This document shows positions 50,216 through 63,310 of a stretch of DNA of 64,000 nucleotides, piece after piece (within the stretch, counting starts at the first letter, position 1; each line of letters starts with the position of its first letter). The DNA lies in NCBI GenBank assembly GCA_964016885.1, contig OZ024759.1, forward strand, positions 10,664,001 to 10,728,000, read 5' to 3'. Both the position numbers and the translations under genes were made by a program. The stretch is from Eledone cirrhosa (Eukaryota). The notes under the pieces were generated by a model, which saw only the letters and a program-made list of their open reading frames with translations, was not told the origin of the DNA and searched no databases.

Positions 50216-50711
50216 TTAAAACAAACAGTTTTATGTCATAGAAGCAGGGGTGTTTGGAACATAACTTAACAGAGGTTCTCATATAAAATTATGATGGAAG
50301 GTATCTAGATAAATCATTATGATCACAATATGATTGATAATCAACATCGACTTAGAAGGAATGGTTGCTTGTTAGTGAAATTTTTTTTTTTAAAAAAGGT
50401 AAATATTTATTATAACAGCTGTCTCCTAGGTAATGGGAGTTATGGAGTTCTCTGGAGGGGAAGGGGACTACAGAAATACCAGTAATTTGTGGCAGTTTTG
50501 AAGACCAGATTCATTCAAAACAAAAAAATCGTAGAACAAAAGAATAAATTTCTACTAAAATTCTAACCAAACCTAAAATTGGCTTGGTCAGTGGGTTGTA
50601 TGTGTATTACTATTACTCTGCCATTACTATTTGGACACATGCTTTTCTCGGAATATCAGGTTACAGAGAAATATGTTCTGTTGGAGTCATGCTTAAAATT
50701 CTATAAAAATA

Positions 50712-51298
50712 CTAGCAGTGGTACCCGGCGTTGCACAGGATAAGGTATAACGCGGGCCGCCAACAGACCTAATCGTGGAAAAACTGCATGCCTGGACAAT
50801 ATGTAAAGAAAATAAACCGAATACTCTGATGGATAATCTTTAAGATTTTCCTCGATGAAGCAGGAAAAATGCAGGTTTTCACCTAATGTGGGCCCGAGGG
50901 ATGTGCATAATAGGTATTGAAATTTTGGGAAAATCGGCTACAAAAGAGCCCTAAAAAGCTGAAAAAAATGAAGTTTTTCACCTAATGCGGGCCCTAGGCC
51001 ATAAAAAAGTTGGATTTTCTTTGCTCACAGTATTAAGAAGAGACTAACTAATACATAGTTACAATTTCAAGGAAATCGGTCTAACGTACCGCCTCAAAAA
51101 AATCCTAAAAATCTGAAAAAAATGCAGTTTTTCACCTAATGCAGGCCCTAGGGGATCAAAAAGTTTAATTTTTTTTATGTGAAACATAATACACCTGTAA
51201 AGTTTGAAAAAAAAAAATCGGTTGGGTACTTCTCGAGTTTTAGGGATTCAAACTCACACACACACACAGACAGACATCCTCAGTTTTATATATAGAGA
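50712..51298 (-). mobile_element. Short non-autonomous Helitron
   Basis: Minus strand: 5' TCTCTATATATAAAACTGA, 3' cctgtgcaacgccggg hairpin followed by CTAG|T. Three internal ttttcacctaatg..ggccc subrepeats. Confidence 0.85.
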
Positions 51299-52568
51299 TA
51301 ATGGACTGGGATGAAGTTGAGAATTCAGAACTTAGAACTTAAAAAGTTTTAAGATTAAAATTAAAGTCAAGATTAAAAATAAAAATTTGAAGATTTAATT
51401 AAAGAAATAGGAGAAGATGCATTTATATAAAAATTAGATATATCTTCGATAGTCATAATAAAAGGTTTAGTTCCACCACTGTGTTTGTGATGTAGAGAAA
51501 AGAGTTGGTCGTTAATTACTGAAATAATGGCTTCACAGTCAACGTAGATTCATAAACTGAGTAAAATCTCATATCGAGAATACGGAAATTTCTATTACTT
51601 CCAAACACTCCAGGAAACATATATATTCTTGCATCGACTGGAACAAAACCGTCTAACCCATGCTAGCGTTAAACGACGATGATGATTATATATCATGATC
51701 ATGATCATCATCATCGTTTAACGTCCATCTTCCATGCTTGCATGGGTTTGGACGGGAGTTTTCCCACTTGAGGCAAGATTGGTTATCCTGCTCATATAGG
51801 ACTGTCTGGCAGGTTTTGTACGGCTGGATGCCCTTCCTAACACCAACCACGTTTACAGTGTGGACTGGGAGGTTTTTACCGTGTTACCTACACGGCCACA
51901 TTACAGCGTGGACTGTCTGTTTTTTTGTCGTGACACCTACATGACTTCATTTGTTTCGGACTGGATGTTGTGGTACCAACATAACTTCACATTTAAGGGG
52001 GTGGTGTGGATGGGGTGGGGGTAGTGAGACGGGGGTGTATTTTGTTAGAGGTGCCTACTGACTGTAGGTTTCGCTTTGTACTTAGGCAAGGCGGGTCTTC
52101 TCTATTACTGTGTAGCACCAAAGATCTCGGTCCAGTGACATTGTCTTGGAGAGGTGTAAGTGTGTGAGATCGGAATTTATCAAGTCGTCCGAGGTGCATG
52201 GCTTAGTGGTTAGAGCATTGGGCTTGCAATCGAAAGGTTGTGAGTTCAATTCTCGGACCGGGTGATGTGTTGTTTCCTTGAGCAAGACACTTTATTTCAC
52301 ATTGCTCCAGTTTACTCAGCTGTAGAAATGAGATGATAGGACTGGGGTCCCTATCATTCCACTGCAAAGTGGTCGTGTAGGCGCCACAGAAAAAAAAGCA
52401 CCCAGCACTCACTGTAAATGAGGATGTTAGGAAGGGCATCAAGCTGTAGAAATCAAGCCAGAATCTGAGCAAGACACAAGGTCAGCCGACCGGACACTGC
52501 CTACAACAGGACACCCCGTCTAATCCATGCTAGCGTTGAAGAATAGACGTAAAACGGTGATGATGATA

Positions 52569-52675
<107 letters not shown>

Positions 52676-52684
52676 TTATTCAAA

Positions 52685-54427
52685 ATGTTAACAAATGAAA
52701 AATATTCTCTTGGGGAGAAGTGTGTACTAAATGATGATGGCGTACTCGCCATCACTGACGCTGATAAGGTCGCTTGGAAGTGTCACTACGAGAGGCTACT
52801 AAATGAGGAGAATAAATGGGAGAAGGATAGTCTCCCCCAGATCGATCCAATAGAGGGACCAGCAGTGTTAGTTGAAGGTAGTATAATAAGTAAGGCAATC
52901 AAAGATATGAAGACGGGTAAGGCGGCTGGGCCTTCGGAAATAGTTGCTGAGATGCTGAAGGCCTCTGGAATGGTGGGACACACCATGGTCACCCGGATAG
53001 TAAACCAAGTCATACAGAATGGGGTTGTTCCGAAGGCCTGGCGTAGCAGCATCATCATTAACTGTTACAAGGGTAAAGGAGACGCCCTAGATAGAAGTAA
53101 CTATAGAGGCATTAAATTAATCGACCAGGTCATGAAGGTCACGGAAAAAGTAATAGTGCAACTAATCAAAGAGAGAAGCGATCTAGATGAAATGCAGTTC
53201 AGGTTTGTGTCAGGCAAAAGTACCACAGACGCTCTTTTCATTGTACGACAACTACAGGAGAAGTACCTAGCTAAAAGTAAACCCCTATACTTAGCCTTTG
53301 TCGACTTGGAGAAAGCCTTCGACAGAGTCCCCCGTTCCATTATCTGGTGGGCTCTTAGAAAACTAGGTGTTGACGAATGGCTTGTGAGAGCTATACAAGC
53401 CATGTATAAAGAAACAGTCAGCAAGGTTAGAATTAACAACGAATATAGTGAAGAGTTTAGCGTAAAAGTTGGTGTCCATCAGGGCTCTGTTCTTAGCCCC
53501 CTACTATTTATTATTGCTCTTCAGGCTATAACAGAGGAGTTCAAGACTGGCTGCCTATGGGAACTCCTATACGCAGATGACCTAACGCTCATAGCTGAAT
53601 CAATGGCCGAGCTAGAGAAGAAATTCCAAACATGGAAGCACGGTCTAGAATCAAAAGGCCTTAAAATTAACCTGGCTAAGACTAAAGTTCTAGTTTGTAG
53701 GAAAGAAAATAAGGTGCCGGTCCCTTCCGGGAAATGGCCATGCTCAGTGTGTACGAAAGGCGTAGGTAGAAACTCCATTTTATGTCCCAAATGCAAAGTA
53801 TGGGTGCATAAAAGATGTAGTGGGATCACAGGTAAGCTAACTAAGAACATAGATTTTACATGTGGCCGGTGCTCTGGTGCAATAAGTAGCAGCAAGTGCC
53901 CACAAAATACTAGCTCTTTCAACTGCGCAGATGGCTTTATAGAAATAGTGGACAGCTTCCGTTACCTGGGTGACAAAATCAGCAGTGGGGGAGGGTGCTC
54001 TGAAAGTACAGTAGCTAGAGTCAGAACTGGATGGAAAAAGTTCAGAGAGCTTATACCACTATTAGCCGCTAAAGGGTTCTCCCTAAAAATGAAAGACAGG
54101 TTGTATGATGCCTGCATACGAACAGCAATGTTGCATGGCAGTGAGACCTGGGCATTGTGTGCAGAGGATATACACAGACTAGAGAGGAACGAAGCATGCA
54201 TGCTCCGCTGGATGTGTAATAGTAATATACACGAACGGCAAAGCTTAAACGAACTAAGGAAAAAATTAGAAATAAGAGGGATCAGATGTTGTTTACTCGA
54301 GAGAAGGCTACGTTGGTATGGTCACGTGATGCGCATGAAAGACGACAGCTGTATAGCAAAGTGCAGGGCAATAAAGATAGACGGTAGCCACGGAGTAGGC
54401 AGACCCAAAAAACCTGGGACGAGCTGA
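52685..54427 (+). CDS. RTE-clade LINE reverse transcriptase ORF (580 aa, 5'-truncated, C-terminal frameshift)
   Basis: KGKGDALDRSNYRGIKL, FVDLEKAFD, GVHQGSVLSPLLF, LYADD, FRYLG, RLRWYGHVMR. 1-bp deletion near 54410 relative to the 28451-28939 copy. No APE domain. Confidence 0.95.
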   Translation: MLTNEKYSLGEKCVLNDDGVLAITDADKVAWKCHYERLLNEENKWEKDSLPQIDPIEGPAVLVEGSIISKAIKDMKTGKAAGPSEIVAEMLKASGMVGHTMVTRIVNQVIQNGVVPKAWRSSIIINCYKGKGDALDRSNYRGIKLIDQVMKVTEKVIVQLIKERSDLDEMQFRFVSGKSTTDALFIVRQLQEKYLAKSKPLYLAFVDLEKAFDRVPRSIIWWALRKLGVDEWLVRAIQAMYKETVSKVRINNEYSEEFSVKVGVHQGSVLSPLLFIIALQAITEEFKTGCLWELLYADDLTLIAESMAELEKKFQTWKHGLESKGLKINLAKTKVLVCRKENKVPVPSGKWPCSVCTKGVGRNSILCPKCKVWVHKRCSGITGKLTKNIDFTCGRCSGAISSSKCPQNTSSFNCADGFIEIVDSFRYLGDKISSGGGCSESTVARVRTGWKKFRELIPLLAAKGFSLKMKDRLYDACIRTAMLHGSETWALCAEDIHRLERNEACMLRWMCNSNIHERQSLNELRKKLEIRGIRCCLLERRLRWYGHVMRMKDDSCIAKCRAIKIDGSHGVGRPKKPGTS

Positions 54428-54916
54428 TAAATTCCGACCTCACACACTTACACCTCTCCAAGACAATGTCACTGGACCGAGACCTTTGGCGGTACTCAGT
54501 AATAGAGAAGACCCGCCTTACCTAAATACAAAGTAAAACCTACTACAGTCAGTAGGCATCTCTAACAAAATACACCCCCGTCCCACCACCCCCACCCCAT
54601 CCAAACCGCCCCCTTCTATGTAAAGTTATGTTGGTGCCACAAAATCCAGGCCGAAACAAATGAGATCGTGTAGGTGTCACGACAAAAAACACACAGTCCA
54701 CGCTGTAATGTGACCGTGTAGGCAACACGGTAAAAACCTCCCAGCCCCACACTGTAAATGTGGTTGGTGTTAGGAAGGGCATCCAACTGTAGAAAACCTG
54801 CCAGACACTCCTATGCGAGCAAGACAACCACTCTTGCCTCAAGTGGGAAAACTCCCGTCCAAACCCATGCAAGCGTGGAATATGGACGTTAAACGATGAT
54901 GATGATGATGATGATG
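52710..54916 (+). mobile_element. RTE-B LINE insertion including 3' UTR and (GAT)n tail
   Basis: RT ORF followed by a roughly 370-bp UTR shared with other copies and the tail ggacgttaaacgatgatgatg. Confidence 0.93.
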
Positions 54917-55006
54917 AATCAAAATATATATTTTATTATACATATTTCAAAGGTACAATGGTGTTTAAGTATGTTGTCATCAGACAAACTATATGATGTC
55001 ACATAT

Positions 55007-56116
55007 ATAATAATAATAATGAAATTATTGTGTAAAGTGCTCAGGTGCACTACAACTAGTCATCGAATAATACATAGAATAATACACAAATGTCAGGGAA
55101 GTGAATAGTGTATGAGTCATGGTATACATGTGTGTATGTGTATGGAGGGGGAACATTAGCTGTAGTGTTCGCGGATCTCAGGAAGCATGGAGGCCTTAAA
55201 GGATGCAGTGTCTCGACAGCTAACAACTGATGCAGGTAGTTTGTTCCATGGAGGCCTTAAAGGATGCAGTGTCTCGACAGCTAACAACTGATGCAGGTAG
55301 TTTGTTCCATGGAGGCCTTAAAGGATGCAGAGTCTCGACAGCTAACAACTGGTGCAGGTAGTTTGTTCCATGGAGGCCTTAAAGGATGCAGTGTCTCGAC
55401 AGCTAACAACTGATGCAGGTAGTTTGTTCCATGGAGGCCTTAAAGGATGCAGAGTCTCGACAGCTAACAACTGGTGCAGGTAGTTTGTTCCATGGAGGCC
55501 TTAAAGGATGCAGTGTCTCGACAGCTAACAACTGATGCAGGTAGTTTGTTCCATGGAGGCCTTAAAGGATGCAGTGTCTCGACAGCTAACAACTGATGCA
55601 GGTAGTTTGTTCCATGGAGGCCTTAAAGGATGCAGTGTCTCGACAGCTAACAACTGATGCAGGTAGTTTGTTCCATGGAGGCCTTAAAGGATGCAGAGTC
55701 TCGACAGCTAACAACTGGTGCAGGTAGTTTGTTCCATGGAGGCCTTAAAGGATGCAGAGTCTCGACAGCTAACAACTGATGCAGGTAGTTTGTTCCATGC
55801 TTCAGCAACTCTGAGCGTGAAAAAATGTTTCCGAAAGTCATGGGAACTGTGCTGTTTTCTGACTTTGTGGGCATGTCCACGTGTGTTAGACACATGGAAA
55901 TCAAAAAGGTACTCAGGGTTGTTGTTGGCAACATGGTTAACAATTTTGTGGGTGTTTACCAAGTTAGCTGCCAGGCGTCGGAGCTTCAATGTATCCATGC
56001 CCAGGGAAGCAAGGCGCTCAGAGTATGGTAGATGCCTGATGGAGGGTATTCGCTTGGTTGCACGTCTCTGAACAGTTTCCAGGCGGTCAATGTTCTGAGC
56101 AAGATAGGGGTTCCAT
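55007..56116 (-). mobile_element. 5'-truncated CR1-like LINE with an internal 61-bp array
   Basis: IWNPYL..NIDRLETVQRRATK...YSERL..LG...TRGH..K...RKHFFTLRVAEAWNKLP..VV...SFK. (ATT)n tail. 11-bp TSD atgtcacatat (54996-55006 / 56117-56127). Confidence 0.9.
55187..55799. repeat. 61-bp tandem array, about 10 copies
   Basis: Unit catggaggccttaaaggatgcagtgtctcgacagctaacaactgatgcaggtagtttgttc equals the WNKLPASVVSCRDTASFKASM segment. Bounded by CATG microhomology. Confidence 0.95.
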
Positions 56117-56936
56117 ATGTCACATATCAAAATATATTTTGATATGTGACATACTGTTACGGTTTTGATTATTCAATTCCTATATATATATATATATATA
56201 TAACTGTTTCTACTTTTGGCACAAGGCCAGCAACTACCCAGTACATTACTGGTACTATATATAGATATATATATATATATAACAGCGAAGAATTAGTTTT
56301 GCTAGGTTTTTTATATGAAATCATGTCGAAACAAATAGGCCAGTGAAATAGAACTTAGAAGGCCAAGGTTAAACAGAAAAAATGAATGGAATAACAACAA
56401 TACCCAAACAAACAACACTGACCTAAGAGAAGTATAAATAAATAAATAAATAAATAAATAAATACATACACAAGCACAATAACAACAAATACATAAACAC
56501 ACACTAGTAAAGATAGAATACATTAACCAATACACAGTCACCCAATCTCGAACACACATCAAACAAAACACTATATGCATGCGCAAAGAAGACAAAAAAT
56601 AAATAAATTAAAAAATAAACAAATAAATAAATATATAAACAGACTAAATAAAGATGGCGTAGAAAATACAATCCAACGGGAGGAAACAATAGCACCACTG
56701 ACGATGTTGCAGATGTGCAATGAAAGAACTTTGATAAACTATATATATGTGTTTGTGTCTATATTGTATCTGTATTTTTTACCGTTGGTCAGTCAATGGC
56801 AACATTGAGGACTGAATAAATTAAATTAACCGATATAAAAGACACAGAAGCGAAAAGCGAAACCCAACCAAACAGTGAGTGTGTTCTGTTATTAATTCTG
56901 GCAATATTACACAAATATGACCCTCCCCAAGTATAT

Positions 56937-56974
<38 letters not shown>

Positions 56975-57504
56975 CTTTTCTATTGGTCAATTCAAAACCT
57001 GTTCCCAAACAGACCTTTTATATTAAATCTTTGTTGGGTTTTTATCAATAAACAAATCTCATCATTTCTGAAGACAACATGTATATGTGAAGGTATGTAT
57101 ATTTCCTCTGATAATTTCTAATATTTTTACATAGATCTATATAATATACATACCAACATACACATATATATCCTAGAAACGATCGTAAAATGATGAATTT
57201 TTTAATATAAGGAACTTGTTCTTTGTTTTTATTAATTTGTTTTCCTAAGAATTTTATCGTAAATTTTTGAATGCATCTTCTCTTTTCATGATATCTTCTA
57301 TATTTGGATTACATTGAGTTCTTCATACGGATTGGACACTACTGTATATTTTGGTAGATTTATCTACATATATATATATAGGGATTCTATCATTACCATA
57401 ACATAAGTCCAACGAGCTTTTGATTCCAGAGTTGGGCCCTGTCAATACAGATAGAACCTTGAACTGATTAATTGTGAAACATGCGTCATCAATGAAGCTA
57501 TATA

Positions 57505-58142
57505 TGGTGGTGTCATACCCCAAGACTGGTGCAGCAGTATTCTCATAAATTACTATAAAGGTAAAGGGTATGCTCTGGAGAGGAGCAATTATAGGCGCAT
57601 AAAGCTGATGGATCAGGTTATGAAAGTGGCAGAAAGGATATTAGCGCAACTGATTAGAGAAAGGGTCAAATTAGATGAGATGCAGTTTGGTTTTGTGCCT
57701 GGGAAAAGTACAACAGATGCCCTCTTCTTAGTGAGACAACTACAAGAGAGGTTCTTAGAGAAGAATAAGCCACTATAGTTAGCCTTTGTTGACCTAGAGA
57801 AGGCCTTTGATAGGGTACCCCGATCTGTCATCTGGGGGTCCCTAAGGAAACTAGGTGTTGAGGAATGGCTTGTGAGGGCAGTGCAAGCTATGTACAGGGG
57901 TGCTGTCAGTAAAGTCAGGGTAGGAATGGAGTTTAGTGAGGAATTCCAGATACAAGTAGGTGTACATCTTCCATGCTGTTCCACACCAGGTCACTCTCTT
58001 TCTGGTTGGAGCTCAGCTCCAGCCACAAGTTTCTTTAGTAGCCTGCAGTAAATTATCATGTAAGAAATTCCGGTTATCATCTATGTCATATGATTCTAAC
58101 TTGTCTTCTTTTTCATCATACACGTCTTCAAGAGGTTTCCTA
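57505..58142. mobile_element. RTE RT fragment (+, 57505-57965) joined to an inverted RTE linker-like fragment (-)
   Basis: MQFGFVPGKSTTDALFLVRQLQE...FVDLEKAFDRVP on +. QATKETCGWS...RKRVTW-like on -. Confidence 0.75.
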
Positions 58143-58189
58143 AATTTATATATATATATATATACACACACATATACATATATATATAT

Positions 58190-58268
<79 letters not shown>

Positions 58269-58282
58269 TATATACACACATA

Positions 58283-58835
58283 TGGTGGCTGCCAACTCGT
58301 TTTCGAGTACGGCCACTACTTTATATCCATGTAGGAGAACCCCTATCGATGCGCTGAACGAGTGACTTTTTAGTCCAGCCAGCGACTTGAAAACTCTGGG
58401 ACAAACACTAAACTTGTGACAATTATTGACACATAGTGCTGGGCCCATGGTACCATGTGACGACAAGTGCAGAAAGATCTCCAGATATAAAGCAATGCCT
58501 GTGCCGTGAAGCTTTTATAGTGAGCAAAGGCACTGCACAAAGCCAGTCCCACTCTCTTAACCAAGATGATATTTACCAAAAAGAAGAACAAGTCAACATC
58601 ATTGGATACCATCAGGGTTGCAGGTGTTATATCGGAGTTTTCCTTCTCCTAGAATTCTGCCTTGACAAAGGCTAAGGGGTCATCTCTCCCGGTGATTTTG
58701 GATGGCCATTGACTCTTAATAGCTCCTTTGCCCTTTGACAGGTTTTGTTTTTAGTCCTGCAGGATGTCCAAAGTCACCCTCTTCACCAAGAAACCTTGGT
58801 GGGGTTGCCAGTTTAGTCGCCAACGACCCGACCAT
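58283..58835 (-). mobile_element. Second copy of the 600-bp RTE-derived element
   Basis: Reverse complement of 1575-2131 with few substitutions. Confidence 0.8.
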
Positions 58836-59099
58836 GAGACAGGTATACACACATATACATATACATATACACACATATACATATACATATACACACATAT
58901 ACATTCTCGGACCGAGAGACGTGTTGTTTCCTTGAGCAAGACACTTTATTTCCGACCATGAGACAGGTATACACACATATACATATACATATACACACAT
59001 ATACATTCTCGGACCGGGAGACGTGTTGTTTCCTTGAGCAAGACACTTTATTTCCGACCATGAGACAGGTATACACACATATACATATACACACATATA

Positions 59100-60045
59100 C
59101 ATTCTCGGACCGGGAGACGTGTTGTTTCCTTGAGCAAGACACTTTATTTCACATTGCTCCAGAAATGAGATGATAGGACAGGAGTCCCTATCATTCCACT
59201 GCAAAGTGGTCGTGGAGGTGCCATGGCACCCAACCACACTGTAAAGTGGACGTGGAGGTGCCACGGAAAAAAAGCACCCAGCACTCACTGTAAATGAGGT
59301 TGGTGTTAGGAAGTTCAAAATGAAAGGCAGACTGTATGATGCGTGTATACGAACAGCAATGTTACATGGTAGTGAGACCTGGGCTCTGTCTGTGGAAGAC
59401 TTGCGTAGATTAGAAAGAAACGAAGCCTGCATGTTCCGATGGATGTGTAATAGTAATATACGTGAATGGCAAAGCATAAATGAATTGAGAGAGAGACTGA
59501 GCATAAGATGTATCAAATGCTGTGTGCAGGAGAAGCGGTTGCGTTGGTATGGACATGTGATGCGTATGAAGGATGACAGCTGCATAAAAAGGTGCAGAAC
59601 ACTAGAAGTCGATGGAAGCCGCGGAGTGGAGAGACCCAAGAAGACCTGGGATGAGGTTATAAAAGCCGACCTTACCCAATTACACATCTCAAGGGCGATG
59701 ACACATGACCGTGACCTCTGGCATCATGCGGTAATACAGAAGACCCCCCCCCCCCCACGGGTACAAGCCGAAGCTGAAGCATATACACAATATGTCCCCA
59801 CCCTCTCCCAAGGCAAAAAAGCACCCAACCCACACTGTAAAGTGGACGTGGAGGTGCCACGGAAAAAAAGCACCCAGCACTCACTGTAAATGAGGTTGGT
59901 GTGAGGAAGAGCATCCAGCTGTAGAAATCAAGCCAGAATTCCCGTATGAGCTAGACAAGGTCAGCCGACCGGACACTGCCTACAACAGGACAACCCGTCT
60001 AACCCATGCTAGCATGGAAGAATGGACGTAAGATGATGATGATAT
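59100..60045 (+). mobile_element. SINE body joined to an RTE-C LINE 3' end
   Basis: SINE sequence up to ...ggtgttaggaag (59313), then the ORF MKGRLYDACIRTAMLHGSETW...RPKKTWDEVIK, then a 3' UTR equal to the SINE 3' half and a GAT tail. Confidence 0.8.
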
Positions 60046-60095
<50 letters not shown>

Positions 60096-60289
60096 AGTGG
60101 AAGTTTAGTAAAATCGAAGCTTTGGTTGTGGGCAAGCAAAGTCGACCTACAATAGGAATGAGTTAGCAAAGCACTCAATACGGGTGGGGCCTGAGAGTAA
60201 TAACATATGTTTAAATAGCTTGACAAATTGAACATTGCGGTAGGCAAAACCTAACACACAATACCAAAGTAACGAAAGAACAGGTTATA

Positions 60290-60659
60290 CAAACACACAT
60301 ATACATATATATATATACACACACACATATATATATACACACACACAAATACATATATATATACACACACACATATATATATACACACACACAAACACAT
60401 ATATATATACACACACATATATATATACACACACACACACATACACATATATATGCACACACACATATATATACACACATATATATATACACACACATTC
60501 ATACATACACACACACATACATATATATACATACACACACATATATATATACACACATACATACACACATATACATATATATATATACACACACACATAC
60601 ATATATACACACATACATACACACATATACATATATATATATACACACACACATACATA

Positions 60660-60703
<44 letters not shown>

Positions 60704-61303
60704 CACACACACATATATATATATGTATAAATATATATATATATAAACGTACATATATACAATAGATATATATAGAGAGAGAGGGGAGAGAGAAAGAGCT
60801 AGAGATAAAGAGATATATAGAGAGAGATAAAAAGAAAGAGATAGGTGTAATATTAATATTTTAAAGTTTTAAATAGCTTAATTTCTTATTTTTTAGTCAT
60901 TTCTTTGTAAAACAACGAATTTTATCCACAATTTCCAGGTTTCATTTTAAAAATATTTTCTTAACAACGAAAACCTTGTTTATAACTGTCATATGTTTTT
61001 GAAAATAATCCAGAAAACGAAACGAGTTTTTATAACATTCTCGTTATTAAGTTGATGTTTTTACATAAATATAAACATTTTAACCCTTTAATTGACATAT
61101 TTATAATAAAAGACAGGCTAGGGGATTAGGGGATTTAAGGAATTTTGAAATCAAGAATTTGGAGGGTTTTAGTAATATAACTTTCTAATTATTAAGTTGT
61201 GTTTGGCTCATAGCTTAACAAAGGTTCTTATATATATATATATACATATGTATATATATATATATATATACACATATATATATATATACATATATATATA
61301 TAC

Positions 61304-61334
<31 letters not shown>

Positions 61335-62109
61335 CATATATACATATATATATATATACATATATACATATATACATATATACATATATATATATACACA
61401 TATATATATATACACATATATATATATACACATATATATATATACACATATATATATATACACATATATATATATATATATATACAACGCATTATTTTGT
61501 ATCATAGAACCAGGAGTGTTAGGAACATAACATAACACATGTTCCAACGACATCTGGTTGTACAGAAACTAACTTAAAGGTTCTGTACAACCAGATGTCG
61601 TTGGAACATAACATAACACAAGTTCTGTACAATCAGATGTCGTTGGAACGTAACTTAAAGGTTCTGTACAACCAGATGTCGTTGGAAATAACATAATACA
61701 AGTTCTGTACAACCAGATGTCGTTGGAACATAACATAACACAAGTTCTGTACAACCAAATGAACCAAATGTCGTTGGAACATAACATAACACAGGTTCTG
61801 AACGATGGGTGGCTTAATAAAACCTGGTTTCTTTAAAAATCGTTAAAGTCAGATGAGATAAAAATATGTTTAACGATCTTTGAAAACTTTTCAAATTTGG
61901 AAGGATTTAGTAAAATAATATTATTATTAAGTTGGTGTTTGGAACATAACTTAACAAAGGTTCTTACATAAAAGTATGTAAAAAATAAAAGAGTTAATCA
62001 TTAAAAATATATATCACTGATATATTTTTTGTGTATATTTATAAGATTTCTAGCAATAATTGATTTATTACATGTATGTATGATCTTATATATACACACA
62101 TATATAGCG

Positions 62110-62142
<33 letters not shown>

Positions 62143-62145
62143 TAG

Positions 62146-62202
<57 letters not shown>

Positions 62203-62247
62203 TATATAGCGAGATATATATATATATATACACACATATATAGCGAG

Positions 62248-62278
<31 letters not shown>

Positions 62279-62315
62279 TAGCGATATATATATATATATA
62301 CACACATATATAGCG

Positions 62316-62353
<38 letters not shown>

Positions 62354-62367
62354 ATACACATATATAG

Positions 62368-62401
<34 letters not shown>

Positions 62402-62404
62402 CTA

Positions 62405-62461
<57 letters not shown>

Positions 62462-62860
62462 CTATATATGTGTATATATATATATAAATATATAAATATA
62501 TATATCGCTATATATGTGTGTATATATATATATATAGCGATATATATATATATATATAAATTTATTATTATTACTATATATATATATATATCGCTATATA
62601 TGTGTGTATATATATATATATAGCGATATATATATATATATAAATTTATTATTATTACTATATATATATATATATATATATATCGCTATATATGTGTGTA
62701 TATATATATATATAGCGATATATATATATATATAAATTTATTATTATTACTATATATATATATATATATATATATCGCTATATATGTGTGTATATATATA
62801 TAGCGATATATATATATATATAAATTTATTATTATTACTATATATATATATATATTTAAT
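60290..62860. repeat. Large (TA)/(CA)/(CATA)/(TAGCGA) microsatellite fields
   Basis: 60290-60760, 61230-61485 and 62090-62860. The last block contains gcgata/tatcgc in both orientations. Confidence 0.9.
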
Positions 62861-63087
62861 ATAATTATGGCTTCTACAGAACTAGAACTGTTTCAATCGA
62901 ATGACAGTTCTAGTCCTGTAGAAGCAATTTCTATATTAAACATGATGTTTACACTCTACTAATGTATTGAGTACCTTACTAACTATCACCACTGACTTTT
63001 TCAACGGAAACTATATAAACATAGAGTTTTGTTGTAATAAATCACAGCCATACTGGAATTGAACGATCAAGACAGTTGGGGTATGTC

Positions 63088-63244
63088 GTACATCAATTCA
63101 TGTATTTTATCTGATGAGGACGTACTGAAAAAACAGCACAGTATATGTTTTATTATATATATATGTTTTATTATATATATTTCGGAGATACTGTGCTGTT
63201 TTTTCAGTACGTCCTCATCAGATAAAATACATGAATTGATGTAC
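63088..63244. repeat. Perfect 57-bp inverted repeat with a 43-nt loop
   Basis: 63088-63144 is the exact reverse complement of 63188-63244. Confidence 0.93.

Positions 63245-63310
<66 letters not shown>

Noticed and set aside
56280-56900. Unique-looking island with AAGATGGCG and an aca|GTGAGT donor
   Set aside because: The ATG is followed by a stop at codon 3 and no partner exons were found. It could be regulatory, but the sequence alone cannot support that.
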